Below are positions 1-7,439 of a stretch of 11,624 nucleotides of DNA, in pieces. Source of the stretch: Enterobacteria phage P4; the sequence record NC_001609.1; one strand, 5' to 3'. The notes beneath the pieces were generated by a model that saw only the letters and a list, made by a program, of their open reading frames with translations, ran no database searches and was not told where the DNA came from. Every line of letters begins with the position of its first letter. Position 1 is the first letter of the stretch. The position numbers and the translations under genes were made by a program.

Positions 1-19
1 GGCGAGGCGGGGAAAGCAC
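1..19 (+). other. cos left cohesive end (19-nt P2/P4-type 5' overhang sequence)
   Basis: Bases 1-19 are GGCGAGGCGGGGAAAGCAC, which I recall as the P2/P4 cohesive-end sequence. The right end of the window (about 11560-11624) carries GC-rich inverted repeats consistent with the terminase-recognition part of cos. Confidence 0.6.
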
Positions 20-246
20 CGCGCGCAAACCGACAAGTTAGTTAATTATTTGTGTAGTCAAAGTGCCTTCAGTACATACCTCGTTAATACATTGGAGCAT
101 AATGAAGAAAATCTATGGCCTATGGTCCAAAACTGTCTTTTTTGATGGCACTATCCTGAAAAATATGCAAAAAATAGATTGATGTAAGGTGGTTCTTGTC
201 AGTGTCGCAAGATCCTTAAGAATTCGTGGCATGAGAGAGTTAAAGG

Positions 247-648
247 ATGCTGAATCATGTATATGGATTAATTGGCGTTGTTGGGACCATAATCACTATT
301 GCTACTAGCTTCATCCGCAACCAAGATATTTCACAATGGTTGCTCGTTTGTTCTGGATGGTTAGCTGCTTTACTTATTGGATGGTTTACACACAGAACGA
401 TTAAAGCAATTAGCAACAACCACACGAATGTTATAAAAAGTAATATGGAGGTAATCAACAGTCATAATGAATCCAATCAAAACTTGATGGCTGAAAACAA
501 AGAATTGATTAAAGAACTTGCAAGAACTTCAGAACAGAAAGAGAAGATGGAAAGTATAGCTGCTTATCTTGCTACTCAGAACCCCCAAATTAACGCTATG
601 CCAAGAACAGCAAGCCGACCAGAAAATATCGATTCGGAGGCTAATTAA
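247..648 (+). CDS. gop: Gop, small two-transmembrane protein (host-killing in absence of Beta, per P4 literature)
   Basis: 133-aa ORF with ATG at 247 and only one in-frame Met near the start. Two hydrophobic helices (about residues 5-23 and 31-47) precede a charged, coiled-coil-like C-terminus. Stop TAA 646-648 sits 2 nt before the next ATG. Naming rests on recalled P4 order gop-beta-cII left of int. Confidence 0.65.
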   Translation: MLNHVYGLIGVVGTIITIATSFIRNQDISQWLLVCSGWLAALLIGWFTHRTIKAISNNHTNVIKSNMEVINSHNESNQNLMAENKELIKELARTSEQKEKMESIAAYLATQNPQINAMPRTASRPENIDSEAN

Positions 649-650
649 AT

Positions 651-1718
651 ATGAAAGTATATTTTGAAAATTACTCATACTATCCAGCCCTAAGAACACG
701 ATCAGCAGAAATGACCGGACTGAATAATTTATCATATGAGAATAAGAAAAAAATATTACCTTTAATTTCTTTGGGGAAATGGCCTCGCTCGGAAGAAATA
801 CAGGTATCGTTAGATAAAAGTTTAGAAGTGATGAGTAATCTCCCATTTATTTTGGATGTCACAAAGGATAATTCTCATCATTGCGCGTCAAGCTTCGAAC
901 TACTCTCTCCTGAGAATGGTTTTAAAAACTGGATAGAGTTTTGTTCCAGAAATGATAATATTATTCCAGTAGTCCAGATGCCGGATTCAGCAAAACTTAG
1001 AGATATATCTATCCAAGCCAGGGTTTTAGAGGAACTTAAAGGTTCAATTGCATTTAGAATTAGAAATCTAAATACAGACATTAATAAAACCCTGACGTCA
1101 CTAGTATCGATGAACTCTCCAGAAAATGCCATAGTTTTCATAGATTTGGGCTACATTAGAGGGAATGTATCTGCTATAACAGCTGCAGCAATAAATTCGA
1201 TTAATCAGATTAGAACTGAGATTCCTGAAGCCATAATTAGTGTGCTAGCAACAAGCTTCCCTAGTTCAGTTACAAATTTTTGCCGTGAAAATGGACAGTC
1301 CGGATATATTGATGTTATTGAGAGAGAATTGCATCAAAATATTGGTGGAAGTGATGTCGCTATTTATGGCGATCATGGTTCAATTCATTCAGTAGTGTAT
1401 GACAACATAATTGGGCGATATGTTCCTAGAATTGATATAGCGTTAAATGATTCATGGTATTTCGAGCGCCGCCCTGGGATGAATAAAGAAGGGTTCATTG
1501 AAGCTGCGAAATCAATTTTGGCAGAGTATCCACATTATCAAAGGGAGGACTCTTGGGGAGCTGCAATGATAAGAAATGCTGCTATAGGGGATATAGCAGG
1601 TATGGGAAGTCCAGCTAAATGGATTGCTGTTCGAGTGAATCTACACTTAAATAAGCAAATTGAGCTATCTGAAGCTCTACAGTATGGCTTTGATCATGAT
1701 GAGGAAGATCTTATCTAA
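651..1718 (+). CDS. beta: Beta protein (Beta_protein family), protects from Gop
   Basis: 355-aa ORF, ATG at 651 with GGAGG at 636-640, translationally coupled to gop. Clean single frame through an AT-rich region. Assigned as P4 beta by position and size; family assignment is from memory. Confidence 0.7.
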   Translation: MKVYFENYSYYPALRTRSAEMTGLNNLSYENKKKILPLISLGKWPRSEEIQVSLDKSLEVMSNLPFILDVTKDNSHHCASSFELLSPENGFKNWIEFCSRNDNIIPVVQMPDSAKLRDISIQARVLEELKGSIAFRIRNLNTDINKTLTSLVSMNSPENAIVFIDLGYIRGNVSAITAAAINSINQIRTEIPEAIISVLATSFPSSVTNFCRENGQSGYIDVIERELHQNIGGSDVAIYGDHGSIHSVVYDNIIGRYVPRIDIALNDSWYFERRPGMNKEGFIEAAKSILAEYPHYQREDSWGAAMIRNAAIGDIAGMGSPAKWIAVRVNLHLNKQIELSEALQYGFDHDEEDLI

Positions 1719-1749
1719 TAAAAAACTAGGGAAGGTTAGCCTTCCCTAG
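1718..1749 (-). terminator. Rho-independent terminator of leftward cII transcript, convergent with the gop-beta 3' end
   Basis: Perfect hairpin CTAGGGAAGG-TTAG-CCTTCCCTAG at 1726-1749. On the minus strand it is followed by a U-run (complement of A-run 1719-1725). It overlaps the cII stop codon (1746-1748) and lies immediately after the beta stop (1716-1718). Confidence 0.7.
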
Positions 1750-2540
1750 CCCACAACCCTTTTAAGTACTTTTTCCGGAATATAGGAAACATCATCGCCA
1801 TATTTCCTAACTATAGAGTCAACATCAACCTTATGGTATTCATTTAAAGATTTCTCCGAACAAGCCTTAAACTCAAACTTAACCAAAGAATTATTCCTTC
1901 TTTTAGCTTTGCTCAATAAGGCAAGATCGTTTATAGATATTTCTTGATTACCATGGAGTCTAGATAAAAAATCATTAGATGTCGCATGATACCTATTTTT
2001 AATAGATGTAATGACAAATTCTCTAATCTTGTTTAAAGATAACTTAGATGCCAAAACCTCAAGACAATCCCTATGTAGTTCATTTGAAAATGTAATTCCA
2101 TACTGATTAAGCAGATCTTTAAGCTCAGACTTAAGCAAAAAACCCAAATAAACAAATTTATTTAAGCGAGAGCAAACCCTTCCTTTTTGAATTATTTTAA
2201 AGCGTACGCTACTATTATTAGATTGAAATTCTACAACGCCAACATCTGATGAAACCCGTTTAGATACTTCACTGGTAAATTTTGGCGCGCACACAATTGT
2301 AACTTTTTCGAAGCTAGATTTAAAAATTTTTAACTGACCATCCAAGCGCTTAAGAGAGTCAAAATCGCTTTTTATTTCAAAAGCTTGTAGGCTTCCATTG
2401 GCAATAGCCAAATCAGCTCTTCTGCTCCAGTTAGCAACAACCATTTCATTAATGATCGTTGCATCACTAAGCATGCCTTTTTTATATAACCATTCAATTA
2501 GGGCTATTTTAACTTCCTGCTCTCGCAATAACTCAGCCAT
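1746..2540 (-). CDS. cII: cII protein, possible PD-(D/E)xK-type nuclease fold (inference)
   Basis: ORF track gives 1746..2555 with a GTG start and no visible SD; the first ATG is at 2540-2538 (MAELLREQ...), used here as the start. The N-terminal region contains E...RADL(x12)FEIK, resembling a D-(D/E)xK motif. Naming by position as the third nonessential P4 gene, transcribed leftward. Confidence 0.6.
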   Translation of the reverse strand: MAELLREQEVKIALIEWLYKKGMLSDATIINEMVVANWSRRADLAIANGSLQAFEIKSDFDSLKRLDGQLKIFKSSFEKVTIVCAPKFTSEVSKRVSSDVGVVEFQSNNSSVRFKIIQKGRVCSRLNKFVYLGFLLKSELKDLLNQYGITFSNELHRDCLEVLASKLSLNKIREFVITSIKNRYHATSNDFLSRLHGNQEISINDLALLSKAKRRNNSLVKFEFKACSEKSLNEYHKVDVDSIVRKYGDDVSYIPEKVLKRVVG

Positions 2541-2606
2541 GTTAATCACACTCACTTCACGTTGATTTTTATTATAGCAACTAACAATTAAAAACTCCAG
2601 ATTATG

Positions 2607-3926
2607 TTACTTAACACTCATTTTAAAAATCAACCAATAACTATTTTTATTTAAGTATTTCTTTGTATTTTGAATAATCATAAGGCTAATATATTTATTA
2701 CGGTTCATATCCAAATAATCAGCCCACCACTGCATCATTAAACGCCGCTCATCCAAATGCTCGGAGGTATGGATATATGCCGCACGTACATTATTACGCT
2801 CTGAGTGGCTCAGTTGCCTCTCTATCGCGTCATCACTCCATAACCCCGACTCCCCCAACGCACCACGCGCCATAGTCCTAAACCCATGCCCACACACCTC
2901 GGTTTTAGTATCATAGCCCATCGCACGCAATGCGCTGTTTACCGTGTTTTCACTCATAACCTTAGTTGCGTCATGATCCCCCGGAAAAAGCAGCTCTTTA
3001 TCACCACTAATCTGCTTTAACTGGTTTAATAAAATCATCGCCTGTCGACTAAGCGGAACGATATGTTCCTCTTTCATCTTCATGCCTCGGTACGAATAAC
3101 GCACACCTTTAATTTCTTCTCGCTTTGCAGGTATACGCCAAAGAGATTTATCGAAGTCGAATTCATCCCAACGTGCGAAACGTAATTCACTGGAACGCAC
3201 AAAAGTTAGCAAGGAAAGCTTGACCGCAATCCGTGTCATTACACGGCCACGATATGCAGCAAGACGTGCAAGAAACTCAGGGAATCGGCTAGAAGGTAAA
3301 GCAGGGTAATGTCGCGCTTTGGTTGTCGATAGCGCACCAGCCATATCGCTGGCTGGATTTGAGTCGATGTAATCGTTCTGTACGGCATAACGCATAATGG
3401 CTGTGACGCGCTGTTGCAGGCGCTGAGCGACATCGTGTTTGCCACTGGCATCAACTTTTTTAATCGGGGCTAACAGGTGGCTGGTTTTAAGCTGCCGAAT
3501 GTCGGACGAACCGATATGAGGGAATATATAAAGCTCAAGATAGCGAAGAACGCGCGATCGATGGTCTTCACTCCAGCGCTTGTTACTGGCATGCCATTCT
3601 CGGGCGATAGCTTCAAAAGTATATGCCCCCGAATTCTCGGCCCGAGCTTCTTTTTGTACGACTTTTGGGTCTATGCCCTGTACTAAAAGCTTTTTAGCTT
3701 CATCGCGTTTTGCTCTTGCCTGAGCAAGCGTCACAGTAGGCCAAACACCAAACGCAAGACGATCCTCTTTTTTGTCAGAGGGACGTCTGTATTTCATGCG
3801 CCAGTATTTGGAACCTTTGGCCGAAACCTCAAGATACAAACCACCACCATCGGCCATTTTGTAGGTTTTGTCTTTTGGCTTTGCGGTCTCGACCTGTCTG
3901 GCGTTGAGCTTCATTTGGGGGCACAT
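2607..3926 (-). CDS. int: P4-type tyrosine integrase (site-specific recombinase, phage integrase family)
   Basis: 439-aa ORF. N-terminus MKLNARQVETAKPKDKTYKMADGGGLYLEV is the typical P4-integrase arm-binding region; catalytic signature HGFRT...RAAYIHT near the C-terminus. First ATG at 3926, second at 3914. The C-terminal tail runs into AT-rich sequence. Confidence 0.9.
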   Translation of the reverse strand: MCPQMKLNARQVETAKPKDKTYKMADGGGLYLEVSAKGSKYWRMKYRRPSDKKEDRLAFGVWPTVTLAQARAKRDEAKKLLVQGIDPKVVQKEARAENSGAYTFEAIAREWHASNKRWSEDHRSRVLRYLELYIFPHIGSSDIRQLKTSHLLAPIKKVDASGKHDVAQRLQQRVTAIMRYAVQNDYIDSNPASDMAGALSTTKARHYPALPSSRFPEFLARLAAYRGRVMTRIAVKLSLLTFVRSSELRFARWDEFDFDKSLWRIPAKREEIKGVRYSYRGMKMKEEHIVPLSRQAMILLNQLKQISGDKELLFPGDHDATKVMSENTVNSALRAMGYDTKTEVCGHGFRTMARGALGESGLWSDDAIERQLSHSERNNVRAAYIHTSEHLDERRLMMQWWADYLDMNRNKYISLMIIQNTKKYLNKNSYWLIFKMSVK

Positions 3927-3965
3927 TTCTAATCGAAGTTAAGATGCCCCCAATTATGCCCCCAA
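3916..3965. repeat. Cluster of three (A/G)TGCCCCC(A) repeats, candidate integrase arm-type binding sites
   Basis: GTGCCCCCAA inverted at 3916-3925 (overlapping the int start codon), ATGCCCCCAA at 3944-3953 and 3956-3965. Two more copies lie at 4154-4173 on the other side of the att core. Confidence 0.5.
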
Positions 3966-4077
3966 TGATATCCGGATTTCAACGGACAACCTCGGAAGAC
4001 GCAGGACGAAAAAATCGCTGCAAGCATTGATTTTAAAGGGATATTTGGACTTTCTCGGATGGTCTTGGAAGTAAGAA

Positions 4078-4101
4078 TGGTGCCGAAGGCCGGACTCAAA
4101 C
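4078..4101 (-). other. attP core region with homology to the 3' end of a tRNA (leuX-type tRNA-Leu)
   Basis: TGGTGCCGAAGGCCGGACTCAAAC is the reverse complement of a tRNA T-arm/acceptor 3' end (...GTTTGAGTCCGGCCTTCGGCACCA). Only the 3' segment is present, as expected for a phage att core that regenerates the tRNA 3' end on integration. Confidence 0.55.
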
Positions 4102-4153
4102 ATCAAAATAAGTTAATGATAAAAAACAAATAATAAAACACAACAATGAAATA

Positions 4154-4173
4154 TGCCCCCTTTTGTGCCCCCA
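4154..4173. repeat. Two further (A/G)TGCCCCC repeats on the far side of the att core
   Basis: ATGCCCCC at 4154-4161 and GTGCCCCCA at 4166-4173, the same motif as the 3916-3965 cluster, bracketing the tRNA-like core. Confidence 0.5.
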
Positions 4174-4290
4174 CTGTTTTTCTGACCAATCTATTTTCAG
4201 CCCATCAATAAATCGGAAAGTTAAATCATTTTTAATCAGTAAGTTTGGATCCGTAGCTCGGATCCAAACCAGTGCATCTTTTATCCACAT

Positions 4291-4590
4291 AAAAAATTTT
4301 TTTTCGAAAGAACTGTTCACACTGTTCACCTTTCTGTTTTCTCCTTTTATTTCAGAGTGATAGGTGGTGAATAATGGGTGAAGGGTGAACATTCGATTCT
4401 TCACCTCCGGCATTCTGCCGATGTGACTCATACCGGTGATTAATCCTCCGCACTGAAATCACTCAGGAAGAAAAAAGTTTTTTTTGATTTGATTGTTCAC
4501 ACTGTTCACCTTTCGTTTTTCTCTTTTAATTTCAGTGTGATAACGGGTGAATATACGGTGAAGGGTGAACAGTGGATTGTTCACCTTCGG
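4291..4590. repeat. crr (cis replication region): two 120-bp direct repeats carrying alpha-binding type I iterons
   Basis: Copies at 4291-4410 and 4471-4590 are near-identical, with an exact 180-bp period (ACTGTTCACC at 4321 and 4501) and a 60-bp unrelated spacer. Each copy holds several TGTTCACC / GGTGAAYA octamers in both orientations. Confidence 0.75.
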
Positions 4591-4603
4591 GGGATATCGG
4601 GAT

Positions 4604-4628
4604 AAAAAAAGACCGGCAGATGCCGGTC
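4604..4628 (-). terminator. Rho-independent terminator downstream of alpha
   Basis: Hairpin GACCGGCAGATGCCGGTC at 4611-4628 followed on the minus strand by a 7-U run (complement of A7 at 4604-4610), a few nt past the alpha stop (4636-4638). Confidence 0.65.
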
Positions 4629-4635
4629 AGGTGGG

Positions 4636-6969
4636 TCAGGCTGTTGTAGGGTCGTCACATTTTGGCAGCCAGTCGCCGTAGCTTTCCTCTTTCAGCGTCA
4701 GGTTGGTCTGTATCCCCTGTTTGGTATGGCGTTTCTCGTAATTCAGTCCGTATTCCTTCAGCATCACCGGCAGCCCCAGCCCGAACATTTTCAGACTGAG
4801 TACATTCCGGTAGCCGTTTGCCTCCATGTAGGCCAGATAGGCGTGATAGAGGTATTTACGGTAATTGCGCGGGATGATACTGGCGTTCCCCATATACATG
4901 CCGCTGGTCTGCGGCAGGGTTTCCAGATAGCCGATAAAATCAAACGTCGGGTCGGCATCCCGTTTGATGTTCAGTGCCTCGTCTGAGTTCTGCTGGGACT
5001 GAAGCAGTGACCGGGCGAGCATCGGGTCGCTGAACTTCTGCATCAGGTGACGCACGATGACCGCCAGCTCGCGGGTGATTTTGTCCTTAAGCTGCGGGTC
5101 GCGCTCCTGCGGGGCTATCTGTTCCGGGAAGTGAATAATCACCCGTCGGCGTGACACGCCGCCGCTGCGGTCGGTGAAGCGCATCGGGTTATTGTTCACG
5201 GCCAGAATCACCGCCGGGATGTGCGTGGAGTACGCATCCCGGTATTTCGGGTCAACGGACACCGCATCGCCGCCGGTGATGGCCTTGAGTCCGGCACCGT
5301 CGCCGCTCCATTTTTCCTGGTCCGGCAGGCGTATCAGTGAGAAGCCAGTTAACGCGGCACGTTCACGCGGGGATTCCAGCGTCTCGATGGTGGCCGACGT
5401 GGCGTTATCCTCCCCGGCCAGCAGGGTGGCTATTTCGGCCATGATACTTTTGCCGCTGCCGCCGGGACCGGTCACCTCCAGAAAGAGCTGCCAGTCGTAG
5501 CGGTTTGCCAGCACCATAAACAGTGCAGCCAGAATCACGTCGCGTTTTTCCGCACGGCCACCGGCGGCACGGTCAAGCCAGCGCCAGAAGGCGGGGGCGT
5601 GGGTTTCCAGCGTTTCACCGTCCACCGGCGGGGTGAAATCCACATCGCACAGGGTGCGCATCCAGTGTGACGGACTGTGCGGGTGGAACGTGCCGTTCTG
5701 CGTGTCGAGCACGCCGTTACGAAAGCCAATCAGGCGGCGGGAGGGGGCTTCCTGCTGCGGAATAATCAGCTTCAGGGTATCCACCACGGAGGCCACCTTC
5801 CCGGAGGAGAACGGCGCACGCAGACGCTGAAACAGCCCGGCCACATCCCGGGCAAAGTCCTGTGGCGGCAGCACCTTCCAGACACCATTTTCATAGCGGG
5901 ACAGAAGCTGGCCGTTGGCATCGACCGCGAGCGCCTCGCCGTAATGCTCATAGATACGCATGGCCTTTTCGCTGGTACTCATGGCGGAAAACTCCGCTTC
6001 GCTCATGGTGTCGAACGGGCTTTCAGCCGGTGGCCGGATGGCATCGTAAATGGCCTTACGGGTGGCCTCCCCGCCGTACTGCGTGAAGGCATCATTCCAG
6101 TCACCGAAGACCGGCGGCAGGGCAACAACACCTTCACACGCATCTGCGGCTGCGGCGGCTTTTTTCTGGCCGTCACCACTGAGGTCACGGTCAGCGGCAA
6201 GGACAATCTGACAGGCGGGGTGCTTCTGCCGGGCAAGGCTGGCCAGAGAAAGGAGGTTCACGGAAGAAAGCGCCACCATCACCGTTTCACCGGTCAGGTG
6301 ATGTACGGTAAGTGCGGTCGCGTATCCCTCCGCTATCCACAGACGTTTTCCGGCCTGATTCTGTCCTTCAAGGGTGTGACAGGTGCCCCTGACCTGTCCG
6401 CCTTTCAGGGTGCGCTTACGGCCGTCAGCACTGATTAACTGAAGGTTAACCAGTTCGCCGCTGTCGTCATACAGTGGCACCACAAGGTCACCGGCGCGCC
6501 AGCTCACGCCACCGGCTCTGTGTGTGCCGGTCAGCATCCGGCATTCCCGGCCGGGAAAGCCCTTGCGGGTCAGGTAGGCGTTACCGGTTCCGGTACGGGT
6601 TTTCGCCATCAGGGTTTGTGCCAGTGCGGCGGCGTTCTTCCGGGCAGCGTCTGTTTCATCAACGGCGGCGGTCGTCACTGCCGGGTCAGCCGGTGGCAGG
6701 CTGCCGGTCACGGCAGCCACCTTTGCGGCCGCGTCGGACGGGGAAACACCAAAAACCTTTTCAACCAGTTTCAGGCCGTCACCGGCACCACACTGATTGC
6801 AGTACCAGGTGCCGCGCCCCTCCCTGTCATCAAAACGGAAGCGGTCACTCCCGCCACAGACCGGACAGGGCTGATGACGGTTCTTCAGCACCTGAATCCC
6901 CAGCGCCGGGAGAATACGCGGCCAGTGGCCGAGCGCATGGCTGACGGTGGCGGTTACGTTCATTTTCAT
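4636..6969 (-). CDS. alpha: Alpha protein: bifunctional DNA primase / helicase with C-terminal iteron-binding domain (P4 replication protein)
   Basis: 777-aa ORF. N-terminal zinc-ribbon CPVCGG...(x)...YCNQCG, primase region, then Walker A GPGGSGKS (D5-like helicase). AAGGAG SD 8 nt upstream of the ATG at 6969. Length matches recalled P4 alpha. Confidence 0.92.
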   Translation of the reverse strand: MKMNVTATVSHALGHWPRILPALGIQVLKNRHQPCPVCGGSDRFRFDDREGRGTWYCNQCGAGDGLKLVEKVFGVSPSDAAAKVAAVTGSLPPADPAVTTAAVDETDAARKNAAALAQTLMAKTRTGTGNAYLTRKGFPGRECRMLTGTHRAGGVSWRAGDLVVPLYDDSGELVNLQLISADGRKRTLKGGQVRGTCHTLEGQNQAGKRLWIAEGYATALTVHHLTGETVMVALSSVNLLSLASLARQKHPACQIVLAADRDLSGDGQKKAAAAADACEGVVALPPVFGDWNDAFTQYGGEATRKAIYDAIRPPAESPFDTMSEAEFSAMSTSEKAMRIYEHYGEALAVDANGQLLSRYENGVWKVLPPQDFARDVAGLFQRLRAPFSSGKVASVVDTLKLIIPQQEAPSRRLIGFRNGVLDTQNGTFHPHSPSHWMRTLCDVDFTPPVDGETLETHAPAFWRWLDRAAGGRAEKRDVILAALFMVLANRYDWQLFLEVTGPGGSGKSIMAEIATLLAGEDNATSATIETLESPRERAALTGFSLIRLPDQEKWSGDGAGLKAITGGDAVSVDPKYRDAYSTHIPAVILAVNNNPMRFTDRSGGVSRRRVIIHFPEQIAPQERDPQLKDKITRELAVIVRHLMQKFSDPMLARSLLQSQQNSDEALNIKRDADPTFDFIGYLETLPQTSGMYMGNASIIPRNYRKYLYHAYLAYMEANGYRNVLSLKMFGLGLPVMLKEYGLNYEKRHTKQGIQTNLTLKEESYGDWLPKCDDPTTA

Positions 6970-6983
6970 GGTGTTGTTCTCCT

Positions 6984-7304
6984 TCAGTGCAGTACCGGCG
7001 CTTTTATGTGACGGGCACAGAGTTCATCCATCACAACCAGCCCGAGAAAGGACAGCGACGGCGCGGCCTTCAGGGGGCCGGATTCCATTAAATCTTCCAG
7101 CAGGGCACAGGCTATCTGACGCCCTTTTTCCTCACCGTGCTGGCGCAGATAAAAGCCTTCCAGCTCAGCGGCGATGGCCGCCTCCAGTGACTCAAGGGTG
7201 AGATGCGGGTAGCGGTGCTGACGTTCGCACACGGTCAGCCAGGCACAGGCGACAGCGCGACGGTAAAGGGCAGCGCGTAAGACGGGCGGTAAGGGTGTTT
7301 TCAT
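6984..7304 (-). CDS. Hypothetical protein (106 aa) immediately upstream of alpha
   Basis: ORF with ATG at 7304 preceded by GGGAGAA SD; stop 14 nt before the alpha start. Function not recognised. Confidence 0.65.
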
Positions 7305-7439
7305 TTGCTTTTCTCCCTGTGACAGATGACTGCATTCCGTGCCGGTTGCATTAACTGATAAGGCATATCTGCGTCTCCTGAAGACGTGCGTATCCCTGCG
7401 CGAATACGCACATTTAATTTTTCGGGGGTCGTTTTTTAA

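Noticed and set aside
255-1141. Minus-strand ORFs of 60-105 aa antisense to gop and beta
   Set aside because: These are chance open frames in AT-rich sequence (Ile/Leu/Phe/Ser-rich) overlapping the coherent gop and beta frames.
3239-3686. Small ORFs on both strands (71 and 69 aa)
   Set aside because: Fully nested within the integrase gene in other frames, with no independent signals.
4078-4101. Possible tRNA gene
   Set aside because: Only about 24 nt match a tRNA 3' end (T-arm/acceptor); there is no D-arm, anticodon arm or 5' acceptor strand. It is interpreted as the attP core.
4096-4431. 111-aa minus-strand and 65-aa plus-strand ORFs
   Set aside because: They span the attP core, the palindrome and the first crr repeat; composition is dominated by the repeats and there is no RBS.
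4291-4590. Possible CRISPR array (short GGTGAACA / TGTTCACC repeats; also 9309-9414)
   Set aside because: Repeat units are only 8 bp, in mixed orientation, with irregular spacing and no spacer-like unique segments of constant length. They are replication iterons inside two 120-bp direct repeats and the origin.
5677-6438. 253-aa plus-strand ORF, with other plus-strand ORFs at 5174-5500, 5862-6086, 6474-6944 and 6520-7011
   Set aside because: All lie antisense within the 777-aa alpha gene. They are low-complexity, Arg/Gly/Pro-rich translations typical of spurious ORFs in GC-rich coding DNA.
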